Source: Octopus bimaculoides
Lineage: Eukaryota
Direction: 5' to 3'
Length of the DNA stretch: 64,000 nucleotides
Assembly (NCBI RefSeq): GCF_001194135.2
Contig: NC_068989.1
Coordinates: forward strand, 10,580,111 to 10,644,110
Both the position numbers and the translations under genes were made by a program. A model generated the notes under the pieces. The model made no database searches. It saw only the letters and a list, made by a program, of their open reading frames with translations, and had not been told where the DNA came from. Below, piece after piece: positions 1 to 14,500 of the stretch (the stretch's first letter is position 1; every line of letters begins with the position of its first letter).

Positions 1-175
1 GCACAAGAGCCAGCCCAGGGGCACCAGCAACGATCCCGCTCGAAAAATCCCAGAACCCCACACAAGAGCCAGTTCAGGGGCACCGGCAACGATCTCGCTC
101 GAAGAAATTTCATGTGTCACCAGCACGAGCCAGTCCAGGGGCACTGGCAACGATCTCGCTCGAAAAACCTCATTT
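1..175. repeat. GC-rich minisatellite, about 60-bp unit x3 (cut by the window edge)
   Basis: GAGCCAG(C/T)(C/T)CAGGGGCAC..GCAACGATC.CGCTCGAA recurs near positions 7, 66 and 127. Confidence 0.85.
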
Positions 176-1144
176 GGAAACACATAAATGATGAACCACA
201 TATAAATGCAACATCTAATCAAAAGAAATAAAAGAAACCAATATTTTCGTAAGAATAAATATTTTATTCATTTATAAAACACTTTGGATATCATCGAATC
301 ATTTTCCGTTTATAGACAGATTAGCACCCACTTAGATATTAAATCTTACCTGTATTGCAACACACTCCCACAAAAATCATATAAATCAGACCGGGACTTT
401 GTTTATTAATCATTTCCAAAAATATATGAAATATCTCTTATTTTTTTTTTTTCATTTTTTTTTTAATATCAGTATTAGCGTTAAAATTTAGTGAAAACCA
501 TATGAAAATAAAACAATCCCCCCAAACCATAAGATATATGTTTTCCAGAGCCTCAAAACTTGATGGAGTAGAGGACCACCACCCCAAACATCAAAGTCTT
601 GTGTGTTATCATTAGTGTTGAACTGAAACAACGGTCAAAGTGAAATTTAAATTGATAAAAATTTCGTTGGCATCCAGGGCCTGTGTGGTGCATTTTTTCT
701 CAAGAGGGTTATTGAGTTTGGGTCAGAAATCTACCTTTATAAAATACACAAGGACAACAAGCCAGTGAGGGAGTATTTAGATCATTGGTTTGCTACCATT
801 TTTTACTAATGGACCCAGGTGATCCTATTTTCCTCAGGTGGATCCTCATAGCCATACAATGTTTAAAAATCTTGCTATATTTTTATAATTAAATATTATT
901 AGGAAATGTATAAAAAAAAGATTGTTAAAGCATTTTGTGTATTGTAAAAAAGTATGACCAATTTATTGCACATGCAAAAAAAATCTTATATCGATCCCAA
1001 AGGTCATATGTACGGACCCTAGTTGAGAACCACTGGTTTAGATGGTTGCTAGATCTGCAAGAAATAGCAGCCAAACCTCTCTCAATTCACACTTTAGTTA
1101 AGCACACTTTAGTTAAGCACACTTTAGAAAAATGTCTAAGACAT

Positions 1145-1220
1145 AAAAAAGGGATAACACAGAAAATAGCACTGTTTGGCACTGCACACATATTACAGAG
1201 TAGTTTCAATTCAATAAAAG
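1145..1220 (+). mobile_element. Extreme 3' end of an R4/Dong-like LINE ORF
   Basis: Translates ITQKIALFGTAHILQ, matching the GTAHIL motif of the copies at 22.1, 28.6 and 29.5 kb. Confidence 0.55.
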
Positions 1221-1338
1221 AAAAATTGCAAAACAAATCACTTGTCTATACCCAAGGCACACGGTGCTGCACATGGTAGTACATTGAAAGACACCTAATT
1301 AATTACAGAAAGACAACTAATTAATAATGATAATAATA

Positions 1339-1558
1339 ACCCTTTCTGCTATAGGCATATGGCCTGGAGTTTTGGGAGAAGAGGTAAGTTGATTACATCA
1401 ACCCCAGTGTTCAGCAGGTACTTATTTTAATCAACCCTGAAAGAATGAAAAGCAAAATCGTCCTTAATGGAATTTGAACTCAGAATGCAAAGAGACAGAA
1501 GAAATGCTGCTAAGAATTTTGTTCGATGTACTAACAGTTCTGTCAGCTCACTGCCATA

Positions 1559-1593
<35 letters not shown>

Positions 1594-2025
1594 CCTTTTG
1601 ACTAAAGGCACAAGGCCTGAAATTTGGGGAGAGGGGACTAGTCGATTACATTGACTCCAGTGTTTCACTGGTAATTAAATTATTGACCCCGAAAGGATGA
1701 AAGGCAAAGTTGATATTGGCAGAATTTGAACTCAGAACGTAGCAACAGGTGAAATGCTGCTAAGCTTTTCGTCCAGCGGACTTACCATTCTGCCAGCTCA
1801 CTGCCTTAACGATAATGATAATAATAATAATAATAATAATAATAAGAAGAAGAATGGCTTTAAATTTTGGCACAAGGCCAACAATTTCGAGGGGAGGAGG
1901 TAAGTCAATTTCATTGACCCCCAGTAGTCAACTGGTACTTATTTTATCGATCTCGAAAGGATGAAAGGTAAGGTCAACCTTGGCGGAATTTGAACTCCAA
2001 CAATAATATAATAATGATATTATAT

Positions 2026-2076
<51 letters not shown>

Positions 2077-2310
2077 ATAATAATAATAATAACAATAATA
2101 ATTTTCAAATTTTAGCACAAGGCCAGCAATTTTTAAGGATGGGGTTTTTTCCTCAATTCAGTCAAGCCCAGTATTTGGGTGGTATTTTATTTTATTGATC
2201 CTGAAAGAATGAGAGGCAAAGCTGATCTCGTCAGGATTTGAATTCAAAATTTAAAGATCTGTGACAAAATACTACTATATATTTTGTCTGATGCTCTAAC
2301 GGTTCTCCTA
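1339..2310 (-). mobile_element. Cluster of four tRNA-headed SINE copies (family A) separated by (AAT)n/(CTA)n
   Basis: The module GCACAAGGCC...ACTGGTACTTATTTTATCGACCCC..AAGGATGAAAGG..GAATTTGAACTC recurs four times. Its reverse complement carries the B-box GAGTTCAAATTC. Confidence 0.85.
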
Positions 2311-2386
2311 GATGATGATAATGATGGTAATGATGCTGATGATGATAATGATGGCAGTTATATGTGAAATGAAGGAGAACATAATT

Positions 2387-2773
2387 TCAGGGCCATTTTT
2401 TAAAAAAAGCAGCACATTCTTCAATACTGGGTCGCATTTTAGGGTCTGCGTTCCAGCATTTCTGCACCAAAGTTTTGTAATCGTCTGGAGGTTTTTCGGC
2501 CAATTGGAAAGATGGTCGAAGTCCACTCTTTACAGATTCTTCGATTCCTTTCTGGATAAGTGGCTTTATATATGTAACCACATCCATTCCGTACCACATT
2601 TCCCATAGTATAATAGACAAACTATAGATGTCGGCTTTTTTACCATAGATGAATTTCCTTTCAAAGATTTCTGGGGCCATAAAACAAGGACTTCCTGCAA
2701 TTGATCCAGCAATATCACGTTCGAGTTTAGAAAGACCAACATCAATAAGCTTTATGATGTTTTCTTCTGTTAC
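2387..2773 (-). CDS. Exon 13 (terminal): DVG, APE, DIYS, RPS motifs and TGA stop
   Basis: Acceptor TTTTTAG. Reads [16 protein letters not shown]...FFKKWP*. Confidence 0.95.
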   Translation of the reverse strand, partial: VTEENIIKLIDVGLSKLERDIAGSIAGSPCFMAPEIFERKFIYGKKADIYSLSIILWEMWYGMDVVTYIKPLIQKGIEESVKSGLRPSFQLAEKPPDDYKTLVQKCWNADPKMRPSIEECAAFFKKWP

Positions 2774-3179
2774 CTAAAAATTGTGAGAAAGAACATATGT
2801 ATATATATGTAGTAAAGACAAAAAAAAGGTAAGATTCCTTTACAGCAATAATATTATGCTGATACATGTTTCAAACAGTCCAGTAAATTATATCCATTGC
2901 ACATTCAAGTTTGCATGCTTAATTGATCCATCTGTTGATCAATTAATTAACCAAATATACAGAGCTCTTTACTCTTTACTCTTTTACTTGTTTCAGTCAT
3001 TTGACTGTGGCCATGCTGGAGCACCGCCTTTAGTCGAGCAAATCGACCCCAGGACTTATTCTTTGTAAGCATAGTACTTATTCTATCGATCTCTTTTGCC
3101 GAACCGATAAGTTACGGGGATGTAAACACACCAGCATCGGTTGTCAAGCGATGTTGGGGGGACAAACACAGACACACAA

Positions 3180-3232
<53 letters not shown>

Positions 3233-5552
3233 CGACGGTCTTCTTTCAGTTTCCGTCTACCAAATCCACTCACAAGGCTTTGGTTGGCCTGAGGCTATAG
3301 TAGAAGACACTTGCCCAAAGTGCCATGCAGTGGGATTGAACCTGGAACCATGTGGTTGGTAAGCAAGCTACTTACCACACAGCCACTCCTGCGCCTAATA
3401 GCTACTCTGTTTATTGAACATCCTCTTTTTGTGCGATATCCTAAAAACAGATTTTACTCTGAAACCCTAGCTTCTAGAAATGATCCTTAAAAAAGAATAT
3501 AAATATATTAAAATAAAAGAGAACTTACTAAAATGTTTTCCATTTTCAGATCACGATGGACCAAGTTTTTGTGGTGTAAGTATGCAATTGCTTCACACAG
3601 TTGTTGAACGTAATGGCAAAGATGTTTCATCACTTTTTTCTGCTTCTCTGGAATTGAATATTTCCCTGGATTCACTTGGTATTTATCATCGTCTCTTACG
3701 AAGATACTTTTTAGAGTTGTATGACAATATTCTAAAATCATCAACCACTGCAACGAACCATCTTGAAGTTTGCGATAGTTAGAACCATAATAATGAATAA
3801 TATTTTTGTGTTTGATTTCTCTGCAAAAAGATTTGAGATATATTTAGAAACATTGGAACCATAAATATATTCTTATATTCCAAATAAACTTCATTTATTG
3901 AAAATGTAGGGTACTACTTAAATACAGGCGTTACATACAAAACACTTTAAATGTACACTGTGACTGTGTAATGACACCCTAACCGTAACTGTGACCCTAA
4001 AAACTAACCTTCCCCTTTATATCATTACGTAGATGAACCGAGACCACTGTATTTAAGCAGGACCTTTGTATTTAAGTAGTGCCAAATGTAGCCTGCAAAA
4101 TGAAGCAGTAGTGTCACTTAGACAATACACTAGAGTCACAATCTTATTTTATACCCTCTTTCTGAGGGAAGGAAAATGTAGGATATGAAAACGCTTGGGC
4201 TTCTTTTGTAAAGGGAAAAGAATACGTGCGGGAATAAAATCCAGAGGATGGTGTGTATTATGCAGGTCTCACTTATAATATAACTAATAGTATGGATTTA
4301 CTGATGACTAGTCAATGTGAGAAGATGCTTGAGCCTATACTGTACACTGCTAAAAATACAGAGGTGGGTTGAGTAAGCAATTATTATTTTTAGCTACTAA
4401 TTAGAGTTCAAATTCTGTCGCAATTGACCTTGTCATGTATCATTGCATTCCTCCACCTCCTCCTTGTCGTTATTATCATCACTGTTGCCATCATCATCAT
4501 CATCATCATCATCCTCATCATCATTCTTTAAAGTCTACTTTTTAAATATGTAACTCATCTGAAGTTACATAAAAAATTGCATTGCTAGGTTGTAACAATC
4601 TCAAAAATATGCGATTGGAACAATCACAACTTCTTAAAAAAAAAAATTTTTTAAATTGAAGTTTTTGTATAGCTTATCTCTGTCTCTTGGAATATGAACA
4701 GCTTCAAACTCATTCGTCTCAGAGGGCCTGCAATGCTCATCAGCTATACTTTTTTTCACAAGACTCAACAGGTAACCCCCAACCCCACCAACCTGCTACA
4801 CAAATGAAATGCATATGAATGCTTTGATAAAACAGCAGATTTTCTGGGCGTACCTGAGGATACTGTCTTCTAGAAGCGTATCAGATACATTAGCAGTACT
4901 CAGCCTCTCAGACCATGCTTTCACTGCAGCTTTTTTGGCAGTATTATTTATTCTTAGCTGACAGAAATACACAGTTGCAAAACTTCCCGTTCCAAGTGGT
5001 GGTTCACCAGGCATCATTTCAATTTGCTTTAGGTCAATATCAGGAACAAATAATTCTTTCACGTAGAACATGTCGAGGCTTCCTAAATAAAACAATAAAT
5101 AAAAAGGGATGTATTTAAAAATATTTGTTGGGAGTAGTGTCGAATTTTCACCTAGTTGAAGGGAGAAATTGAGAAAACCTGTGAAACCCCCACCCCCTGA
5201 AAATACATCTTCATTTATTACGAGGAGTAAATAAAATCATAACATAAACAATTAAATATAAGGAATAATAATTTCTTAAAGTATGCGTTAATCCCCATGT
5301 GGGTACATGGAGTAAATGAAATCATAACATAAACAATTAAATATAAGAAATAATAATTTCTTAAAGTATGTGTTAATCCCCATGTGGGTACATGGAGTAA
5401 ATAAAATCATAACATAAACAATTAAATATAAGAAATGATAATTTCTTAAAGTATGTGTTAATCCCCATGTACCCAGAGTTTGTGGACACCCTGTATATGG
5501 GGGCACTAAAATCTTTTAAGGGCTTAGGGCCCCTATGGGTCTTAATCTGGCC

Positions 5553-5593
<41 letters not shown>

Positions 5594-8500
5594 TTACATA
5601 CTAACCTTGGAGTCTGTTACATTCTGTGATGAAGTCTGGCAACCGTTCTGAAAAGTTCTGTTCATTCTTCATAAATTCTCGTTCTATATTATCCAATAAA
5701 GCCTGATCAGCTTTGAGGAATTCAGGGAGTCTGGAACCAAGCATGTCAATATCTCTAAAGACTTTGTTGAAAAACTTGGCCAGTGTATTTTGTAGCTTCT
5801 CATGTTCCACAATACTAATGACATAATATTTAGAAACGTCTTGTAATAGTTCTTTGGTTTTAGGTTTTGATGAACCTAATATTGACTTTAATTTTTTTTT
5901 TATATCTTTTTTCTCAAGAGACACATGCCCTAAGGAACTGATATTAAATCCAATAATGGCAGTGTAAGCTTGAGAGTTGTGCTCACCCCCTCTTTTGTAA
6001 GAAAAAAAAGAAAGAGAAAATAGAAAATAGGTGAAAAATTCATAGAAGACATAAGAAACAGTAAATAAATTATACTGTTAAGCACAGTCATATTTAACAT
6101 GTTCGTGTACATCTGGACATTGAAAGACAATGCACTGCGCAAGTTGTCCTCATAGACAACACTTCTTGACCATCAATGATATCACTGGACCATAGAAAAC
6201 ATGTATTTCTGTATTATTATGTTTCATCAGTTATGTATACTGAGCCATCTCTCTTGGCCACTAACAATTGGTTGCTCTTATATTAGAATAGCAAAAGGCA
6301 CAATGGCTGGTGTGTGAAGAGTTACATCAAACTTAAATTAAATTAATTAGCAGTGTACTATAAGTATTTTTAAGTGAAATATATCTGATGAATATTAAAT
6401 ACTTTTCAAGCAAACTCAAAAACCTCTATTTTAGAGGATTGGAGAAATAAGAATTTTGTGATGTTTAAGACGTTTATGACGTTATGAATGTTGCAACTTT
6501 TACTCCCAAGCCCAGAAAGATGTATTTTTCTTTGTAACTATTTAAAATGAACCATTATTATAAAACAGTGACAGGCACCATAGAGCAAAAGGTAAGTTCT
6601 TGGCTAAGCAATTCTATAACCTGATTTTCACATCTGATTGTAACGATTTTTTCTTTTGCTGACATCACTAAAATGCAAACATGGCTATACATAGATGCAA
6701 GCATGGATTTATGGTTAAGAAGCTCGCTTAGCAACCAAGTGGTTTTGGACTCTTACTCACTTCGTGGCACCTATTATAGCTTCTAGCCAACCAATACCTT
6801 GTGAGTGGTTTCTCTAGAAACTGTGTGGAAGCCTGTCGTATATATGTGTGTCTTTGTGTTTGTGCTTGTCCCCACTATCATTTGACACACGGTGTTGGTT
6901 TGTTTAAGTCTTCATAACTCAGCAGATCAGCAAAGTAGACTGATATAATAAGTACCAGACTTAAGGATAAATACTGGGGAAATAAAAATAAAAACCATTG
7001 CACCAGGATTTCTTTCCTCCTATGTAAGCATGTAGAATTTATATCTCTCTTTCCTTAGACAATCCATGTCAACGTATAAGTCTGTGGGATTCTATACTAA
7101 TGGTTGATGTTCAATTTAGCATTTTGCGCCATTGACAATATTGTTTACATCATAGAATCATACTATGGTCCAGTTACACGTACAAAACGGTATGGGTACT
7201 GTGTTTTATCCCTAGGTACTGTGCAAGAGGGGGGGGGGGAAGAATGCAAATCACTGGCTTCTCGTGAATTGCATTTCTGACATCAAATTGTAACATGTAT
7301 AAGGGTTTGATGAAAAAATCATAGGCTGACTATGAAGGAGTGATGCTAGAACTGTGAAATCCTGCATGCATTAGATTCAGTTCTTCTTATTAATAACTGC
7401 ATTCTTTCTTTGCAGGTAAACTGATATTTGACCATTCAAAGAAGACTTGTAACTGAAAATCTACAAAATTTGGTATTGTGGTGTTAACAAGTTCCTGCAG
7501 AAAAAGGGTTTAACTCCCAAATACATTTATGCTGATATGCTTGCTGCATTGGGCAATGACGATCCAGTTTTATAAACAGTGCAAAAGCGGGCAGCTGAAT
7601 TTGGGCGGAGAAGAGAGTCTTGAAGATGACCCGAGATCTCGATGCCCTGAAACTGTCACCACCGAGGAAGACATTGATTGTGTTCACGACATGTCGTCGT
7701 TGGTCTCAATGGATGCTGTGTGTGACTGTAGCTTTGAACTGTTTGATCACCCTCCTTATTCTCCTGATTTGCCCCCCCCCCCACCATTTGATATCAGCTG
7801 TTCTCCAGCATGGAAAAAAATACTTGGCTGGGGACCATTAGCCCAGTGATAATCTGACGACCCGCCTAAGAAGTCAAGGCACACCACTGATACACATGTC
7901 GTATATATATGCCAAATCCCTCACAAGGCTTTGGTCAAGCTGGTGCAATAATAGAAGATATTTATCCAAGGTGCCCCACTTATACAAATACACTCCCAGT
8001 TATTTTTTTAGCAATGAATGTCATTTACCTTTGAAATATATTAGTGATTCCTTTTGGCTTGAAAGGTTTCTTCAAAGACTGCTGCAACTTCCTCGCCTCT
8101 TTGTCTCCAGCTAATGTACCTGTGGGGAAAAAAATGAAGCTTGGTATTGATATCTTCCCTCTGAGTGTCCTATAATCATTCAGAAGTCACTTATTAAACA
8201 ACAAAAATAAAGATAAAGACGTCGAATAAATTAGGATCTCACAAGATCTACAGAGTTAGGAGGAACTTCTCAAGAAGCAAATACCCATCCCTACAAATTA
8301 TTACTGTGTGCTAATATTCCACATGGCTTTTGAACTATTGTAGAATACATTGCATGCCAAACTCCAGTTTCTGGCCTACATACTCACTGTATTTTCTGTT
8401 TTTCCTCATTCAGAAGCTAGTTGGCTTTGTGTTGCAGGCACCCCCAATTCACTCATTTCTGTTCCTCACTAAACTCATATTGCATCCACTGCACAATATG

Positions 8501-11471
8501 TCCAGTCCTCCCTTCACCGGAACAGTTCCTCCACCTCTGGAATTACCTCCACCTCTGGAATTACCTCCATGTCTATGTCTTTTTCTTACCATCAACTTGC
8601 GTTTATTCAAGAGGAACATTGTGTTGATTTCACTTGTCCCTGATAGACTGGGATGGCTATGGGCCCAGCTTCTTTCTTCAGACCAAACAAATAAAATTGC
8701 ATACCAACAGACATGTTTACATTGATATGTAACTCAGAAAATGATATTAGCATCGATTGGGAATGTAGCTCTACTTGGTCTTGAGATTATTATATCTTAT
8801 TTTCAAGAATATGCTATCAGAATATTCTTTTCTACTCTAGGCACAAGGCCCCAAATTTTTTAAGGAGGGGCCTAGTCGATTAGATCAACCTCAATATGCC
8901 TGCTCGTGAAATTAGCATGCAAGTGACTGAGCAATTCACAGACACGTGTACCCCCAACGTATTTCTCAGGGAGACTCAGTGTGACACAGAGTATGACAAG
9001 GCTGGCCCTTTGAAATACAGGTACTACTCATTTTTGCCATCTGAGTAGACTGGAGCAACATGAAATAAAGTATCTTGCTCAAGGGCACAACGCGCCGCCG
9101 GGAATCAAACTCACGATCGTGAGCCGAATGCCCTAACCACTAAGCCACACGCCCTCACACGAATGTTTACAATACATACATAAGGTATATGAGTAAATAA
9201 TCCCAAATAGAATTTTAGACAATTAAGCCAGTGCTGCTGTGAATAATTTAGTTTGCATATCTGTGTTTTTGATGGTTTTTCATTAAGTAAACAGGTCAAT
9301 GTTTACATCTTTCATTCACAACATATTGTGAATAAGAAATTCTGTAACAAAAACTTATATATTACTAAGCCTTAGAAAAAGTTCTTATACAGTTATTTAT
9401 CACAACTAAATTTCGGAGTGTAAGGGTAAATATCCAATCTCTTTCTCTGCTATTCTTAGTTTTATTGCACCCAAATTTACTGTAAGGTACCAACTACATT
9501 TGACACTTTCAAAGTTTGTTTATAAGATGTTGTCACATTCGAAAAGCTATAATTTAGCATTAAAATTAAGAGCATTTTTTTTTATGTCAGGGGCCATTTA
9601 GCATAATGGTAGAACACTCAGCTGGTATCTAAGGGGTACAGGTTCAATTCCCATAGCCACCACCTGGCTACTTTTTTTCCCATTAGGTAAATACCTAATT
9701 TTCTCTGTTGTTCTTTACTGCATTCGAAATTTACTTTCTTGTGTGTGTGTGTGTGTGTGTGTGTTGAGAGAGATAGAGGGAAAGAAAAAGGTAGAGAGAT
9801 AGAGGGAATAATAAAATTTTGAAAGCCTTACTTTCAACATTATATATCTGCATTTCCAAATCGTCAAAACGATCCTTGAATTTTTCCACCATACGAGTGT
9901 TTAAGCTGTTTACAATGTTTTGTTCGATTTCCCAGTCATTGATCAAACTCATGATTTTAGCACCAACCAAATCAATAGTTTGCTGACCAAGTTCCCGCCA
10001 ATGGCTTGCAGTAGAAGATAAAGTAGTAGATGAACTCCATTTAGTAAGTTCTGTTTTTACCTGGACACAGAAGGATGAATTTTATGTTAGCTAAAATATA
10101 TTTGGAAAATTATAAAGTTTTAAAGAGTTACAAAAAAAAAAAAGGACTTGTTCCGAGGTTAAAAAAGCAATTCATTTTATTGAGTGTATTTGTGCAAATT
10201 ATATTGAGTGGAAGAATTTTCTACTAAATAGCATATTCAAAATCACAACAAAGTTTTTGAGGAATGCAAATCTTGGAAATACAATTCTAACAACTCAGCA
10301 TTCTTATAATGCTCTTGATATTCATAATCAAGTATTTCTGATGAGAATATTTTCCAGATTTAAACTTTGTCTTCAGATTGATGTATAATTTATTAGTCAA
10401 TGACAAACAAGGACGAAACAATATGTTGGTGTTTATACTTGTGTGGCAAGTAACTTGATCTGAAACTATGTGTTGGCTTGATCTGACATCAGCGTCAGTG
10501 AACAGGTTGCAGTGGGTCGACAAATATTTTTGTGCCTTTTGAAGTATATTAAAAGTGATTGTAACAACTTTTGTGTGAAGTAAGATGGCTAATGCAGCTC
10601 TTCCACCATGTAGCAATTAAGCAGTTCATTGATTTAATATTGTATTACCAACTGTGTTTGTGGAATCAACTGGCAAAGAAAGGATTAGTTTTAAACTTTG
10701 AAAAAACTGGTTTAGATACAATATTAGTAAGCAAGCTTTTTTGTCATGTGAATGGATTAACAATATATGTAACAGAGAGCTGTGTATTTATCACTATCAG
10801 AAATTATATATCTAGGATCAAGCCATGTAATAAAACTAAAAAAAAGATTTGGTCTCTTATCACTACGAGATAATAGATTGTTTATTCAGTTGGGATTCTG
10901 TTCAACTCATAGATCTTATCCCGAGTTGATTGAAATGTATCATTGAAACTGAACTGTACTCTATTTGTGTCACTTTATACAATGATGGGTGAGTCTGTGA
11001 GTTGAATGATAATACCAGGTAGTATCATTACTAGCTTATACTGGTTTCAATTAATTCCAAGATCGACTTATCTGCTTTCTGTTGTCTATGGATATTAGAA
11101 TCATTGCACCAGTAGCTTTTGTAAACCATAACACTTTATTGTGGTTGAAATCTACCTAGAGCAGTAGTTCCCAAACTTTTTCATGCTCCTGCCCCCTTGG
11201 CACCCAGGACACATTCCTAGCACCCCCTCACCCTCCTTACCACATATATAGACCATTTTTGCAGCAAATTCAAAACAACTGGAGTTCACAAATAAAACTT
11301 AAACCTAATTTACCTACTGATATATTTTCTAACATCTATCACCCCATTTTGGCCACCCCACTTTTATCATACCACTTTTCTTCAATGCCGCCTAGATCTT
11401 TCCACTGCTTCCAAGTGGGCAGTACTACCCACTTTGGGAACCACTGATCTAGAGTTGTGTGATAATTGTCT

Positions 11472-11504
<33 letters not shown>

Positions 11505-14500
11505 TTTAATTCCATATTTTCCCACGAAATTAGTAGAAATAGACCTGACCTGAATGTTTGCAACAGAGTGAACTCTTTGAAGGGACACATGGGCCAGCTG
11601 GTGATGTTAAATGAAACAACTCCCTTATAAACCTAGGCCCACATTTAAGCATAAAGAATATGAAAGTGCTATGTGCTAGCAAGTAGTTTCAAATGTTGCC
11701 TCATGGTTTTAAACCAATCAAAATCAACTTGCTTAAATTTTGAGAATACTGATTTCAAATTTTGGCACAAGGCCAGCAAATTTGGGGGTGGGGTCTAGTT
11801 GATTACATCGATTCCAAATTTCAGCTGTTACTTACTTTATTGACCCCGAGGGGATGAATGGCAAAGTCAACCTCGGTGGAATTTGAACTCAGAACATGAA
11901 GACAGACGAAATACCTCTAAGCATTTTGCCCGGTGTGCTAACTATTCTGCTTGCTTGCTGCCTTGCATTTTTGAGAATATTAGTACTAGTTTCTTCATAT
12001 CAAAAGAAACAAGAGCACCCAGAGAGTGCAAACCTCCACCAAGGCAACACCAACGTCCTCTCAACGATTAGCTAGAAACGATTTTTAAAATGAGAATATC
12101 TGAAATAAACTCGACTGCTCTCACAAACGAGAATACTAAAAATGAACCCGACTGCTCTCAAAAGTTAAGTAAAAGAACAGGAAAAATAACCCAGAATCCT
12201 TGTCCGGTACTGGATTAATCCCAAAATCTAATCAGTTTGCGCTAGTCATGAGGCCAAACATCCCTGAAAGCTCCATCTGAATCCATCCAGTAGTTCCTGA
12301 GATATCTTGTCCATTGACAAACAAACATGACTGAAAGCAACACCTCCACCTTCGTTAAGGCAGAGGTAATAATGTAGGAAGTTTTATTGTTGTTGATTCT
12401 AATGAGAAACCTGAAAATACATGCTTTTATACATAGACTTAGTACTTTAATCAGAAATTAGAAAAGAAGTCTTGTTACCGCTTCACTTTTCAGATACGAA
12501 ATAAATTCAGATTTGATTATGGCCAGCTCCTGTTGTATTTGACTTCGCATCTCATTAATAAAAGCGATAGATTTTTTTTCTAATGTTGAAATCTGTCTTC
12601 GCAATGTAGAATATAGTTCAGATTTGTTGACTAAATTACGATTTCCAGCATGAGTTTTAACTTTTAATGAATATACTGATCTCTTCAAAAGACTGCTCAG
12701 CCATCTAAAGCAAACAGTAACAATAATAGTCATTACAACAATGATCATTGTGCCACATTAAATATAATTATTGCAACAACAATAAAAAAAAAAAAAACTA
12801 TGTTAACGACTGCAAATATCTGTAAATTCTTTTATTCTTTTACTGCCTTCAGACATTGGAGTGCGATTGTCTAGGGGCATCATATTTCAAAGATTTTTAG
12901 TTCAATATGTCGCCTCCAGTTTGACTAAGTTTATATTTTAGGTCAATAAGGGTTGCATGACAATCTACGATTTACAATAGTACTGGGATCGATTTGTTTA
13001 ACTAAAGCCTTTTAAGGCATTGCCCCATCATTGCTCCTGTCCAATAACTCAAACCAGTAAAAGTAGAAATTAATATATNNNNNNNNNNNNNNNNNNNNNN
13101 NNNNNNNNNNNNNNNNNNNNNNNNNNNNNNNNNNNNNNNNNNNNNNNNNNNNNNNNNNNNNNNNNNNNNNNNNNNNNNNNNNNNNNNNNNNNNNNNNNNN
13201 NNNNNNNNNNNNNNNNNNNNNNNNNNNNNNNNNNNNNNNNNNNNNNNNNNNNNNNNNNNNNNNNNNNNNNNNNNNNNNNNNNNNNNNNNNNNNNNNNNNN
13301 NNNNNNNNNNNNNNNNNNNNNNNNNNNNNNNNNNNNNNNNNNNNNNNNNNNNNNNNNNNNNNNNNNNNNNNNNNNNNNNNNNNNNNNNNNNNNNNNNNNN
13401 NNNNNNNNNNNNNNNNNNNNNNNNNNNNNNNNNNNNNNNNNNNNNNNNNNNNNNNNNNNNNNNNNNNNNNNNNNNNNNNNNNNNNNNNNNNNNNNNNNNN
13501 NNNNNNNNNNNNNNNNNNNNNNNNNNNNNNNNNNNNNNNNNNNNNNNNNNNNNNNNNNNNNNNNNNNNNNNNNNNNNNNNNNNNNNNNNNNNNNNNNNNN
13601 NNNNNNNNNNNNNNNNNNNNNNNNNNNNNNNNNNNNNNNNNNNNNNNNNNNNNNNNNNNNNNNNNNNNNNNNNNNNNNNNNNNNNNNNNNNNNNNNNNNN
13701 NNNNNNNNNNNNNNNNNNNNNNNNNNNNNNNNNNNNNNNNNNNNNNNNNNNNNNNNNNNNNNNNNNNNNNNNNNNNNNNNNNNNNNNNNNNNNNNNNNNN
13801 NNNNNNNNNNNNNNNNNNNNNNNNNNNNNNNNNNNNNNNNNNNNNNNNNNNNNNNNNNNNNNNNNNNNNNNNNNNNNNNNNNNNNNNNNNNNNNNNNNNN
13901 NNNNNCACAAACACATACATATATATATATATATATACATATATACGACGGGCTTCTTTTCAGTTTCCGTCTACCAAATCCACTCACAAGGCTTTGGTCG
14001 GCCCGAGACTATAGTAGAAGACACTTGCCCAAGGTGCCACACAGTGGGAATGAACCCGGAACCATGCGGTTGGTAAGCAAGCTACTTACCACACAGCCAC
14101 TCCTGCACCTAAAGTAATGTTCACCTCAGCGGGATTTGAACTCAGAATGTAGAGAGTCGAAAGAATTACCCCCAAAACATTTTGTCAGACTATCTAACGA
14201 GTCTGTCAGCTTATGTATAAATTGAATAAAGTTAAAACATAATTTTGAATAACCTAAAATGAAAACAAAGCGACAAAGGCTTAACATCGATCCAAACTCT
14301 CTTTGAATATCATTTCACATCCTTTCGGCAACATTTTTTTAATCACCAAGTGATGGATAAGGAAAAAAGTATTAAAAATCAAAAAATACAGTAAAAAAAA
14401 AAGAATAAAAGAACATATGTATATAATATTTACTTGTAACTTCTAAGGATTTTGTTTTTCATTGTAGCTGGAATTAATGTTTTCATGGCTGTATAGAAAA

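Noticed and set aside
1-175. Regularly spaced repeats resembling CRISPR (also 5224-5470 and 46860-47030)
   Set aside because: Eukaryotic context, no cas genes, and the inter-unit sequences are short or homologous rather than unique spacers. These are minisatellites.
8330-8725. 131-aa ORF as an exon of the kinase gene or a separate gene
   Set aside because: Opposite strand, not needed for phase continuity (exon 8 joins exon 9 at 8119), and no domain beyond an 18-bp duplication.
13002-13987. Long 'ORFs' spanning N runs (also at 26-27, 34-38, 41, 58-59 and 61 kb)
   Set aside because: They are open only because of assembly gaps and flanking microsatellites, so there is no coding evidence.
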